Positions 36,906 to 49,265 of a stretch of 64,000 bases of DNA are shown in pieces. A model generated the notes under the pieces. It was not told the DNA's origin and made no database searches. It saw only the letters and a list, made by a program, of their open reading frames with translations. The stretch is taken from the NCBI GenBank assembly GCA_964199315.1, contig OZ116707.1, positions 310,001 through 374,000 of the forward strand. Direction: 5' to 3'. The first letter of the stretch is position 1; each line of letters opens with the position of its first letter. The DNA comes from Orbicella franksi (Eukaryota). The position numbers and the translations under genes were made by a program.

Positions 36906-37279
36906 GAACCCCACGTTTGACTCTGTTTTCCTAGGTTTTGTTTGGTTTAGATTTTGATCAGGTGATTTTAGTTAACAAGAGATACATTGACAAGTACACT
37001 CTATTGTACTTTCTCTAAAATTGTTGCATGTGAAAAAAATCAAACAACAGTTTCTTTTTGCCTAATTTTAGCTGATAGTGTAATATCTTTATGTAAATGA
37101 TCAGTCCATTCAGCATTGAGCTTATTTTGTTAATTTTTCCCATAAGTGACCACCTCCCGTGAGCAACCACTTTGTCTTGCACCAAGGGTGGTCACTAATG
37201 AGAGAGTTGACCGTATGTTAAACTAGCTACTGTCCAAATATGAGGACAAACAAACAAATTCCCTTTGACTTGCAGCTTT

Positions 37280-37900
37280 CATAAGGGACCCATATGATGA
37301 TTCAGATGCTCACATTTAAAGGTTGTGAAAAATTTGACTATCCATTTTAATTCAAAATTCTTTGTATAGTGTGAGTAGTAAGCACTCAAGGAAAGATGCT
37401 TTTTGAGTCTAGGCTTTGAGAGATTGGGGAAGAACATTCCAAAGTGATAGGACAGCCACAGCAAAAGAATGCCCACAATAAGTTTTAAGATTTTATGTTT
37501 AATTCCTAAGCAGGTTTTAAGCATATGAACAAAGTAACCTTGGGGGATGATAATGAGTATGTCAACTAGATATGTAGGAGCTTGGTTGTGTAGCACTTTA
37601 ATTGTAATCAGTAGAATTTTAAAGTTTATCCTCTGTTCAGTGTGTGGTCAATGAAGTCCCACGAGGAGAGGCATTATATGATCATACTTTTTAGACTGGT
37701 ACACTATTCTTGCAGTGGAATTTAACACATGCTGGAGCCCATGCAACAAATCTTTGGGAGCACCATAGAGCAAAGAATTGCAATAATCAATCTTTGAAGT
37801 TACAAAGGCATATACCAGAGGTTTAGAAGTTTCAGTCATAAGAAACCTAATCATGGATATGTTGTGCAGATTTCCACACAGCAGTAATATGAGAAACCAT
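37280..37900 (-). mobile_element. L2/CR1-type LINE 3' fragment
   Basis: AFVTSKIDYCNSLLYGAPK...LQHVLNSTARIVYQSKKYDHIMPLLVGLH; LHNQAPTYL. Confidence 0.85.
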
Positions 37901-38065
37901 GGACATAGAAACATCAAGTACAACTTCAATGTGAAGGGGATCTTCCATCCAACTCACAGTGCACGTTGTGGTCGCCATTCCTTAATTTTGCAGAACATGC
38001 TGGTCTATGGCAGTTCTGGGCCATAGGGATTTTTTTGTTTTTGTTTGATTTAAAAAGAAAGTAAT

Positions 38066-38560
38066 GTGAGATACATCGCACAGGTCACATTCAAATTTGT
38101 AAACAAATGTGACCTGTGTGACGCAGGTTATGTCGGTTTCACATGCTGCCATCTGCACCAATGTGTTGAAGAACCCAAAAACTCTTCTTCACCAATTGGC
38201 AAGCATTTTCGCGACAAGCATTCTTGGGCTCCAAAAGATCTTACAAAGAATTTCAGCATTTTAATGAACTGCACGAACAAATTTGACTGCCTCGTCTATG
38301 AGATGTTTTTTATTGACAAGCTGAGACCTACTCTCAATGTACAATCTGACTCAATTTGTGCCAAGGTCTTCAATTAGTCTTTCATTAGTTTTTTTTACTT
38401 TGTATATTTTTATTGTCCATTTACACCTACAAATCTTTTTATACTTCTTACGTACATATATATTCATTGTTCAATTTTACCATTCACCTGATAATGACCA
38501 AAGTATGGTCGAAACGTCATGTTTTACCATTGATTTTTATAGTTCAAAGCTTTAAGAAAC
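38066..38560 (+). mobile_element. Penelope-like element 3' fragment (GIY-YIG endonuclease end)
   Basis: CDLCDAGYVGFT..HLHQCVEE...KNFSIL..CTNKFDCLVYEMFFIDKLRPTLNVQSDSI, followed by a TGATAATGA...TCGAAACGTC tail. Confidence 0.85.
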
Positions 38561-38569
38561 TTTTACTTA

Positions 38570-40460
38570 TAGTACGAAAAAGATCTTAATATTTTTTATC
38601 CCCCCTCTACAATATTTACTTTTGAAACCAGTCCCAGACCCCCACAAGACAGATAACCCAACCCCTACCCCACCCTCAATCCCTTATCAACAAACTAACC
38701 ATAAACGGAATTTTACCTTGGCCCCTTTTTCAATATATTCCCAAACAAACATTATTACATTTACTGCAACCTACATTTAAGAACAAAAATTGAAATGAAA
38801 AATAGTTCTTTTCTATTTATATGCCCAGGCAAATATCATCACATTTCCTGCAACCAACATTTAAGAATGAAAATAGAAATGATATTGTTTCCTTTCTTTC
38901 TATACAGTTATCCCTTCTACAATATTTTCCCTTATAAACAATTCCCTGACCCGTAAACGACGTAACCCAAACCCAATAATTTTTGTTTCCCTTCACATAC
39001 CTCCTTTATCATTTCCGCACCCCCTTCACACAATCTTACCCAAATTTCTAAGCTTATAATACATAGTCCCAAGGAGAATTTTTGCTTTAATGTCTTACAA
39101 TTCCTTTAAATTTAAAACTAATCCCAAGGGAATTTTCTACCCAACCCTTTGGCCCTCAACTAACTGCAAAGAGGATTTTTTCTTAGCTCTCACCTGAAAC
39201 TAACCTTAAGAAATCAATTTACCCTTCTCCCAAACCCTTATCCTAACCCAAGATATTTTTTTGTCCCAACTAAACAGAAAATTTTCTGACCAACCCTCAG
39301 ACCTAAAACTAAACAAAAAAATACCTAACATGAAGAGAATGTTTACCATGACCTTCAAGCAAAGTTAACCCTAGGCTAGAATTTCCTTACCCTACCTGTT
39401 AATACCTTTTTACCTTTTCTACAGCTACAATAACTTAACCTCTTATGGAACTAGATCACATCCCAACTTTACAGCTTTTTAACACCTGCATATGGCACCA
39501 ATCAAGACAACATATTACTAATGAATGCCTGCAACTTTTCCACTCACTTAATACAGATGTCTTCTATTCCATCCAAACCTGGCCCACCCACATTCAGCAA
39601 CTTTTCTGGAAGAAACCAACAAGAGACAATGACTCTTTCCAACTTACATTATTTTTCATTGGCAATGACTGTCCACCAGAATTAGTAGCAAAATGGGTCC
39701 TGCCTCTCAACATTGGGCTTCACATTCCAAAGGAGAAAAGAGAGCAAGGCAAATTGATTTCATTGTGCTAAACCTCACTTCTAAAGCCAACTTTGGGACC
39801 TATGTTCCTTTAGAACTATGTTCTATTTTGACATTCAGCATGGTCAATGGCTATGTCTGAATGGAGAAAAGAGAGATTCAATCAACCAATAATTGTTTAT
39901 AAATTTGTATACATAGAACAGTCTTGTTTACTACAATCTACATCAGTTACATTAAATTATGCACAACACTGGTAACTATGCGTTTTCATTATACTGGATG
40001 GACAAGAATGAAAATAATATCTGACCTAATGAGCAGTCCCTCATACACTAAACTCACCCCCTCTAACTATTTTGACATAATATATGCCCACTATCCAGAC
40101 TATAATACCCTATTTTACGAATTAACACCTTTCATACACAAGTTAAACAAACCTATAAAGCTAAGCCCATTAAATAAAAATAACGATAACACAACAACCA
40201 CCATAATTACCCCTTAGGTTGTTGTTTTCCATGTAGAGAAAAATTCTCCTACCCTTACTGTCATAGAAATTTATCACCCCACCCCAAGGACCCATGCAAA
40301 CCCCTAAAGTATTTCTACCATACCCATCATCAAGCCTCCAGCATTTAGCGCACTCAATTTTTCTTAATTCTGCTAAAGTTTTATTTTCTATCAATTGACT
40401 TTCTATTATTATATTTTATTTATTTAGTTTACTTTGTCTAATTTTATTTTTTTTCTTTTT
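38570..40460. other. Strand-skewed (C/A-rich, G-poor) segment with compact intronless ORF remnants
   Basis: Plus-strand ORF 39445-about 39895 (two frameshifts), plus-strand ORF about 39980-40217, and a convergent minus-strand ORF 40170-40394. No family recognised with confidence. Confidence 0.45.
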
Positions 40461-40479
40461 GATGCTTAAGGGCAGTATT

Positions 40480-41540
40480 CAAGGATACAGTGAAAGCTCC
40501 AGCTCATAGTGAGATTATAATGGCCTCAAAGGTTCTAGACAAGTGTGATGAAGGTCTGGCAGTTCTGGAACCCACACTGGATTTTGTTCAGCAGAGTAAA
40601 CGTTTGGTACGCAGATCGCTTGTATCCAAGGTGGGTCTACAAAAACACCCTGGCAGCATTATGCAGACCAGTGGATGGAAATCAGGTAGATGGAGAACCG
40701 TGTTTGAGGCAGTCTCAGGAGGCAGAGACGCATGTACAGCTTGCTCAAGAGTCTCAACCAAAAGAATGTGAGCACCAAGATAAGCAGAGCTCTTTACCCC
40801 TGTAAATACAAGTACAGATGGCTGGAATGATGAACAGATCGGAGTGTTGAATGACTTACTCAATGAATATTAAGATGTGTTTGCCACCGCCATAAACCCT
40901 TTTGGCTGCACCAGCAGAGGACCCCCAAGGGAAAGCCCAAGTTTGTGCACCATGACCGCCTACAAAAGGCAAATGTCCAGTGAATGATTTTGGAAGTTGG
41001 ACCCAGGAGTGCTATTTGGCAGGAGTTACCATTTCAGTTTGATTAAGACATTTGGAACAGTTCATAGTTGCATTTAAGTTACATTGAAGTTTAAGTAAGC
41101 CATTTCCAATGGTTTAAACTTACATTAGAGGTATTTTCAGGAAGGATGTTTTACAAATTAATGCTTTCTCCTTTGTTGTTGTTGTTTTGTTTTTTACAAT
41201 GACCCTAGATGCCAGGATGCATCTCTTTTACTGGAAGAGGGGAAATGTAATGAAATTGATATAGTGATTGCACAAGCTAAGATACACGTGCTAAGATGTA
41301 TAATGGTTGTATTTGAATGTATACTCGCACAAGGTCTAAGACTAAGAGACGGTTATATGGCGACTACAGAATGCACAATGTACTCATAATACAGGATATA
41401 TAAGGGACTCGCGTTATGTAGTGGCCTGTGCGTGTGAGTAGACTTGCCGTGTACGAGTAAGCTGAACATTAAAAGTTGAGTAATTAAACCATTGGCTGTT
41501 GGACTCTCAGTGGAAGTTGCAGTCGTTCACGCACATAACA
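40480..41540 (+). mobile_element. Gypsy LTR-retrotransposon remnant with internal deletion and 3' LTR
   Basis: EQIGVLNDLLNEY*DVF...FGCTS (pre-RT region) joined directly to FVHHDRL (integrase C-terminus). PPT GAAGAGGGGAAA is followed by an LTR at 41246-41540 (TGTAATG...CATAACA). Confidence 0.65.
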
Positions 41541-42230
41541 TAATGCTCATGTTTGCTTTGATTTGACATTTTATTTCCTCTATTTCATTTCTTTACCATA
41601 ATTGAGCTGGAGTGTGTTGTGTTGCAGAGGTCGCTCCCTCAATTTTACCACTAACCTAAACGTTAATCTTTTGTCTATTTTATTTACATCCATACACATT
41701 CCCACCTTTGCATATTATTTTTTTTACCCACTGATTAGGAGATTTTTTATCAGTGGAGTGGGAACCCACATTCCTGGGATTCCCTATATCAATCAACCCG
41801 TAGGGAAGCCACGAAGGTTGCCAGTTAAACTAATGACTAATATACTTAATACAAAACAAGAGATCCCATGAGATAGCACAGCACGTGCGTAAGATCATTG
41901 CATAACTTGAATCACCAGGAAGATCGCTTCTTGAAAGATGGTCGTTGGAATTTCCCTTGAAAAAGCTAGTAAGGCCCATTTTCAGATGCCAAACTTTTCA
42001 TACGCCGAACCAAAAACCAGGAATTAAGTACATGAAAACTTTGGCATCTGAATCGGTTAAGAATGGAATTTGGAACGGCTCAGCCGTTCTTCCCACCTGG
42101 CTCTGCCAGGCATTTTGCCTTGGAATGGCTTTGATTCAGATGCCGAACTTTTCATATCCACAACCTAATGCATAAATTATTATAACATATTTTACAAGCA
42201 GTTTCTCGAAGAGGGCATCCATCATAGAAC

Positions 42231-42476
42231 GTGTTTACCATCATGGCGACTTGGAGAGCTACACTGGCGGATAACAGCAAAGACATATGTAGTTCCTGCT
42301 TTGCTACCACGAAGTACGTTTGTATTGAATATTGCATGCCGATCTGTAACAAGTGTTCTATTTTCGAAAACAATGAAGATACTGGTGGTTGGACGGCAGA
42401 AAGATCTGTTGGGCATTGTGAACCATGCTTCAAGGCTAAGAAGTTGCTGCAAGAGAATAGTGATGGCGGGAAATGA
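42231..42476 (+). CDS. Small Cys-rich zinc-finger ORF, probably the N-terminus of a DNA-transposon gene
   Basis: CSSCFATTKYVCIEYCMPICNKC...VGHCEPC has nearly the same Cys spacing as the N-terminus of the pogo-2 transposase. Confidence 0.45.
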   Translation: MFTIMATWRATLADNSKDICSSCFATTKYVCIEYCMPICNKCSIFENNEDTGGWTAERSVGHCEPCFKAKKLLQENSDGGK

Positions 42477-42800
42477 AGAAAGGCAAATATTGGGCAAGAC
42501 AGGACCAACAACTTAGAAAAGTATGAGTTGAATTAACTTTTACAAGTAATGTTCTATTCAAGGCATTCTATAAATTTCCGTAGTTTATAAAGTTTATCAT
42601 TTATGGAGTGTGGCGGTTTGCAAGGAAACAGGTTTCCTCGCCCAATTGTCAAGTCGTGTTATTGTAAGAAACAAAGTGAATATTCTATTCCCTGTTCTAG
42701 AAGCAAAATGCAACAACAGAAAAATGTGACCTGATTTGGAAAAACGTACATTAACGGATATCCATTTAACGCCTTGAAAGCGTTTATTATCCATTTAGAA

Positions 42801-43000
42801 NNNNNNNNNNNNNNNNNNNNNNNNNNNNNNNNNNNNNNNNNNNNNNNNNNNNNNNNNNNNNNNNNNNNNNNNNNNNNNNNNNNNNNNNNNNNNNNNNNNN
42901 NNNNNNNNNNNNNNNNNNNNNNNNNNNNNNNNNNNNNNNNNNNNNNNNNNNNNNNNNNNNNNNNNNNNNNNNNNNNNNNNNNNNNNNNNNNNNNNNNNNN
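42801..43000. other. Assembly gap (200 N)
   Basis: Run of n characters. Confidence 1.
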
Positions 43001-43919
43001 TCTGTTCAAATGCTCACTGAAAGCATTTAATCTGGTTTTTGATCCATTTAGTATCTTTTAGAAAACGTTCGAACAGCTATGGTCATCTGTTATGAATTAG
43101 TTGCATTTCATTCAAACGGATGTGCCACCCGTTCGAACGGAAAACTATTTGTTCAAACAGATAGCCGTTCGTATGGAATATAAATCCGTTCCAACGGAAT
43201 ACCATTTGCTTGAAGCCAGATGTTTACTAGGAAAATCCTGTCCCTTTATTTGTAACAGGTAATCATGGTCTGTCTATTTGAATCAAATGATCGAGTAGGT
43301 CGCTGTGACCAGTACCTGTTTTGCGAGTGGTAAAATCGAGCTTGTCCATGTCAAATGAAGCGCTTGTTTCAATGGCTTTGTAAATGACAAGAACAATTCC
43401 CTCCACAAACATATTTCTAGAAGGTTTACCAAAGAACTAGAATTGTAAAAAGTTTTGTTGTGTTTTGTCCACCACTTTGACCTTTGGTCATGCAACTTTG
43501 CCCTATAGATTTTGCATTAACTCATCGAAGCAAAACAAACGCCTCAAATTTGCATACTCTTCTTTCACGCAGTTAGTTAGTTTACTTATTTAAGCCCACC
43601 TTGGTTACTTGACGTCGTTACTATATTCCAAGCAAATTCCTATGTACTCGCCATTGCACAAAGTTCTCCCAGCTTGACTTTTATCAGTAACTAGAGGTAC
43701 TAACCTCGTTCCAAGGATCTCTCTCCTCTGCCACAGATGCAGAGGAGAGAGAGTTTGGGAAGGTGGTCAACTCACCAATCAGAAGCAAGTACTTGACAGT
43801 CTTAATGCGTTGCCTCGGTAACAGCTTGCTACCCATCAAACTTTTGCTCTGTTCGATTTTAGTATTACATTGTAATTAATCAGTTTGTACCATGGCAGAC
43901 AATCGACGAACAAAATGGA

Positions 43920-45030
43920 AATGACCAGCAAGCAGATAATAGAGAAAGTGAAGAAATTTTTAAGAAGGATGTGGATGCTTGAGAGGTCTGAAAGATGGAC
44001 ATTGCTTTGACCAATTTTCAAAGGAAACTGTGTTCACAAATTTGAACAACTGCCTTGAACTGTCAAGTCCAGAACTTGACCTGGTTATCTTAGCCAACAT
44101 ACAAGCATTCACACAAATTGAAACCATTGGCGAAAAAAGAGATCGAAGTCCCAGATGCAATTTTCTGTATCAATCAGTACCTAACTACAAGGATATGTTT
44201 CTGCACCTTTAAGGATTGAGTTACTCTCGATTTCAATGACTGAAGGAACACTACGAGAGTCATGGCATTTTGCAAAGGAGGCATGGCAACTGCAAAAGGC
44301 TTCCCAGCAACACTCCCACAGGCAGTAGTTGAAGATGTCAAATTGTTCCTTTCAAACTATGTCAAAGAAAATACTATCTTGCTTCCTGGGAGGATTCCTG
44401 GATACAAAAATGATGAAAGAGCTTTTTTCTTCAAGTGAGACAAAGAAGAGTGTATGGTGTGATTTTACTGCCGCTTGTGAGCAGTCAGACAAATAATCGG
44501 TAAGCTACTCAAAATTTAAAGATTTATGGGAACAGTTCCATCCAAATATTGTGGTAGCGAAACTGATGACTGATCTAGGTATGACTTAACAGGAAAACAC
44601 TGCAAAACTAGTAAGATCTGCTAATCTTCCTGAGGGCGAAAAATCAGAATGCGTCTGCGCTCGACAAGAACATTTGAACACTGTTACAGAGAGAGGGAAT
44701 TATACAGGGAAGTGTGCGAAGAGTAAACGAAAACGTTTCAAACTGTGGAAAATAACATACAGTTAGACGAACGGCACGACCCCTGCATGCTTGATTGTAC
44801 AATGCTTTATTCATTCGACTACATGCAACAACTTCATATCCCAAGCAACCTCATGCAGCTGGGACCAATTTACTTTATGACTCCATGGAAATGTGGCATT
44901 TTGGTGTGATGTGTGAAGGGATAGCATGTCAAGTGAACATCTTTGTTCATTAGGCAAGCGCTGTTGGAAAGGGGCAAATGCCACTATCAGTTATGTCCAC
45001 TACTATTTTGAACAGCATGGACTGGGAGAT
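43920..45030 (+). pseudogene. Sola-superfamily (probably Sola2) transposase fragment
   Basis: GCGCLRG...CLELSSPELDLVILA, RRHGNCKRLP, LLPGRIPG, YSFDYMQQ, QLGPIYF, GKGANATISYVHYYFEQHGLG. Truncated before the second Asp; many lesions. Confidence 0.7.
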
Positions 45031-45369
45031 AAGTGATAAGCTGTTTCTTTATGGGTCTGTTTCCGTAAAGGTTTTTTGTTTTTCCCAAAACAATATAACC
45101 AGCTGTGATTGGTGCATATCTATTTGTTTTTGCCAACACTAAAATTAGCCAATGGTATTTTGGCTTTTGTTTAGGAAGCTTATTCATCAACACAACAACT
45201 GATTCATCTCATCTTCTGAACAGTTATTCCAAACATCTCAAGTATATCTCTCAACGATAAGGTCAAAGTTCTGTGGAAGACCAACTACCAACGGCATGAT
45301 CAACCACCCTGGCCTAAAAGAAAAGAAACCAAGCTTTGCATGGAGACACAGACAAAACCTCTATGGTGC

Positions 45370-45755
45370 CTTTAAAAATAGGAGACCGCGTGAAAGTCTA
45401 GTTTGGTTCGTGATGGTACAATGCTGTAGTGGCAGAACACTGGCAGCCAAAGTCAAAAAAAGGTAAGTTACGATGCCACTAGTTTTGCCACCAGCATTAT
45501 TTCTTTATTGTTGCTGTTGTTGGCTTGACTATTTTTTTCATAGCAAAGAAAGCAGCCAGAGCGACTAATAAAGGACAGAGAATGTGACTGGACAACCAAT
45601 CGGGCATCTAAACAGGCAGAGGTCCATGCTGAGGAAATAAAAGTAGTAGCAGATGAAGTAGAAGAAATTGCCACTTTATGCCAGCAATTAGACACAAAAA
45701 CCAGTGAATGCAACCAACTCAACAGCAAGTTGAAGGATGCAGAAAAACGACAGAT
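45370..45755 (+). pseudogene. Tudor-like plus coiled-coil gene remnant
   Basis: KIGDRVKV*FGS*WYNAVVAEHWQPKSKK followed by a GT donor, then a heptad-rich exon (EEIKVVADEVEEIATLCQQLDTK). Confidence 0.35.
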
Positions 45756-45756
45756 G

Positions 45757-48700
45757 TGTTCTGTCACGTATAACTCAGTGCACGACGCATTTTTCATAGA
45801 AGAGCATTGTAATCGTTCGTAGTGCATCATGGTATAGTACGCCATGTGATTAGCATAAAATATCTTTGTAGTCATCCACTCCGGTCAAGATGGTTTCTTG
45901 TTTCACCTAAAACATTTATTCTTCATAAACCCGGTTACACTGCTGATGAAGAGTTCTGGTCTTGTCTGTTGTCAGGGTAATGGATCAGGGCTTGACGGAT
46001 TGGAACAGTGAAATGAGACACTTCGCCGGTCAAAAACCTCAGAAACATCGATCAAGCTGACCTCATGGCAGTCGGAAACACAGAACGTGAGCAACAAATC
46101 AACGTCGAAAGCCACGAAACGGCCACTCAGTTGGACGAAGTTTTTGCTCAACCATTCGTGACCAAGGGATTCCAGCTTGAGATCCCAGAGGAGTGTCCCA
46201 AAAGCGGGGAAAGAACTCGACAGATGAAGTAAACAAAGAAAATGGTGATGATGAAAATATGGATTCCTCCCAACCTAAACGAACTACGAAACCATTAATG
46301 GATTGCACCGCCCTCGCCAGCACTCCTGAGCAACAATGGGACCGTGAGGCAATGGAAGAACAGATGAGAACCCGCAAATTACTTGTCCACGCAGCAATAA
46401 ACGAAGCAATTGATCGAAAAAATGATCTTCTACAAGAATTTTGATCAGGTCGCGCCAGGTCACGTTTCAAGGTCGTTGCTCTCATCTAACGCAATGCGTG
46501 CTCAAGCCCGAGCTGAAGCTGCAGCTGCCTTAAAAAGAGCTGAAATGCAGAAGAAGATCAAAGACTTTCAAATGAAATCTGCTTTAGCCATGGAATAGGA
46601 GGAAAAGAAACGCCACGAAAATGAATTAGCACTCGAGAGGAAGAAACGCAAGGAAGAAGTGCACTTGGAATTCCTTCGTGCAGAGTGAGAAGCAGTCATC
46701 ACCGCTGCTCGTGCAAAGGCCATTGATGAAGAACTCAGGTTCGAACAAGAAGAATATTTGTTGCATTTACCAATCGAAGAACCCATATATTGTGTCCAGG
46801 AATTCATCAACAGCCAGCTTCGGGAAGTTAAGCCACACAACGTGAAACTCGAGGAGTCATCGAAACTAACCGCGTGATTCTCTGGAAGAAACACTCAAAA
46901 GGAAATGCCCACGCCACAAAAACCTCTAAACCCAGGAGCAATGCCTTTCTCCCCAGGCCAAACCACTCAAACCTCAGAATCAATTGACTGCATGGAATGT
47001 TTCATCCAGTTTATGGCCAGAAGAGAACTATTTTCAAATAACATTGAGAGGTTTGACAACCGCCCCCAAAAATGATACCACCTGGAGAGCCGCATTTAAG
47101 AACATGACAAGAGAGGTTAACATTACAGCAAGTGAGGAACTGGCTCTTATGATCAAGTACACAACTGGTGAGTCGAAAAGGTTTGTTCAGCGGTTGCACA
47201 ATGCGTATACAGAAATCCAGCTGCTGGCGTTAGAGACTCTTGGAAGAAGTTGGGAGAACGTTTTGGATCAACAGCAGTCGTTACCCAAGGGCACCTGAAC
47301 AAGCTAGTAATGTTTCCAGCACTTACCCTGAAGGACAACAAAGGACCGCAGGAATTAGGTGACTTCCTCCTAGAACTCCAATGTGCTAAACAAGACTGAA
47401 GGCTTGCAGGCCTGAAAATCCTTGATGAACTGGCTTTTTTAAAACCATTGCTCATTAAATTACCTGGAGATCTTCAATCAAGGTGGCAAAGACACGCTTA
47501 TCCATACAAGTCACAGCATAGTGTTGATTTTCCCCCATTCCAGGAATTTGCTTTATTTATCCAAGAAATTGCACGGGAGCGGAACGATCCCTACTTGTCT
47601 ATCGAGATCCCAGCTGAGGAATCACAACAACCAAGACCTCCTTTAAAACCCCCTAAAGGCAAGCCTCCTAAAGGACTGCTCATCAAACCTCCTGCTGTGC
47701 CCCCTCCTGAAGTGACCAATGGCCCGATCTTTGGACAAGGACTGACTGCACTAAGGACTGAAGTCTCAGACTCTGCACCCAAGGACTCAGTTCCATGGGA
47801 CCCAGCTAAATCCAAGTCCCTTGCTGAACGAAAGGCTCTGCTCACGCAACACGGGATCTGTTTTTGTTGCCTTGCCTCAACCAATCATCTGGCTAAGGAC
47901 TGTATAGCAGTTGTCAAATGCAGCGAATGTCAAAGTGACAAACACATGGCAGCCTTAGACACTGGGCCCATCAACAAGCCAGCTACACAAGTTGGGCAGC
48001 AGCAAGGTGAGGAGCCAATCCAAGTTTCAGCCAGTTGCACAGAGATATGTGGAAGCACGGCTGGAAGTAGATCCTGTTCGAACATATGTCTTGCTAGCAT
48101 CTATGTGAGTGGCCATCCTGCTAACAAGAACAAAGCTTATGTCATCATAGATGACCAAAGTAACTGCTCCTTTGCCCAACCACAGCTCTTCGACCTATTG
48201 AAGTTGGGTGGTGAAGCCAAACCCTATACTCTGAAAACATGTTCTGGAACTAGCCAGGCCAGTAGAAGACGTGCCCACAACCTTATCATCGAATCGTTGG
48301 ATGGCACCCGCAGCCACACACTCCCAGCCCTCACTGAGTGTGATGCTATTCCAGACAGCAGAGAAGAAATACCAACGCTGAATGTTGCTAGAGCTTTCCC
48401 TCATCTATGACCCATAGCAGACAAGATCCCAGAGCTACGCCCAGAAGCTGAGATCCTGCTGCTCTTTGGTAGAGGCACACCTCCCCTTCATAGAATTCAT
48501 GAGTCTCGAAACGGACCCAAAAATGCACCATGGGCCCAGCGTCTCAATCTGGGATGGGTAGTCATAGAAAACAGATGTCTGGACAGAGCTCATAAGCCTA
48601 AAAAGGTGTCAGCCTACAGGACACAAATCCTCCAACACGACCAACCTTCCCTTCTACTTCCTTGTACCAACTGGCTATGGCTTAAACATGGACTCAACAA

Positions 48701-49265
48701 CCTACTTGGCGACGGACAAAAAGAAAGGAACCTTCATCAAAGGAAAGTTTGAAGATGGACTAGGGGACAATGTGTTTCTATGATCAATGGATGACAACAA
48801 ACCAGGGATGTCAATGAAAGACAGGAAGTTTATTGACATTATGAGCCATTCATTGACCAGAAGCGAGTTGGGACAATGGGAAGCCCCCCTGCCCCTACGC
48901 AAGGAAACAAAAGTTCTTCCTGACAACCGAAAGGATGCCCTTCGACGCCTGAAGTCAACTAGACGGACTCTGGACAAAAAGCCCTTGATGAGGAAACACT
49001 ACTTTGACTTCATGTAGAAACTTTTGGAGAATGACCATGCGGAACCAGTACCAGACAGAGACACCTCAGTCAAATCATCGGTGGTATCTTCCCCATTTTG
49101 GAGTCTACCATCCCCAAAAGCCACATAAGATCCGTGTTGTCTTCGATTCTGCTGCAGAGACCAATGGAATGTCCTTGAACAAGATGCTACTTTCAGGACC
49201 TGAACTAACAAACAGCCTGCTTGGTATCCTGATTCGCTTTCACCAGAACCCTGTTGCCTTCATGA
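45757..49265 (+). mobile_element. Degenerate, 3'-truncated BEL/Pao retrotransposon
   Basis: Gag zinc knuckles (CFCCLASTNHLAKDC...CSECQSDKH), protease IIDDQSNCSF, pre-[27 protein letters not shown]...[15 protein letters not shown]. Candidate 5' LTR at 45757-45939 (TGT...ACA) is uncertain. Confidence 0.85.

Larger units (their letters stand above)
33612..37213 (+). mobile_element. Tigger/pogo-family DNA transposon 3 (two genes)
   Basis: Degenerate TIRs (TAGCCAACTTTCTCAT / ATGAGAGAGTTGACCG), TA TSD, TAAGCGACCACCTC subterminal repeats. Boundaries supported by the empty-site paralog near 19830. Confidence 0.8.
33240..37275 (+). repeat. Second copy of the repeat found inside the Kolobok-like element, split by the Tigger insertion
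   Basis: 33240-33611 and 37214-37275 together align with about 19455-19890 (TCCGGTTT...CCCCTATATCAAATT...GCTACTGTCCAAAT...AAATTCCCTTTGA). Confidence 0.75.

Noticed and set aside
38600-39420. Interstitial telomeric repeat
   Set aside because: Only scattered CCCTAA-like words in C/A-rich sequence, with no tandem periodicity.
42659-43061. ORFs in the supplied track spanning the X-run
   Set aside because: Artefacts of translating the N gap.
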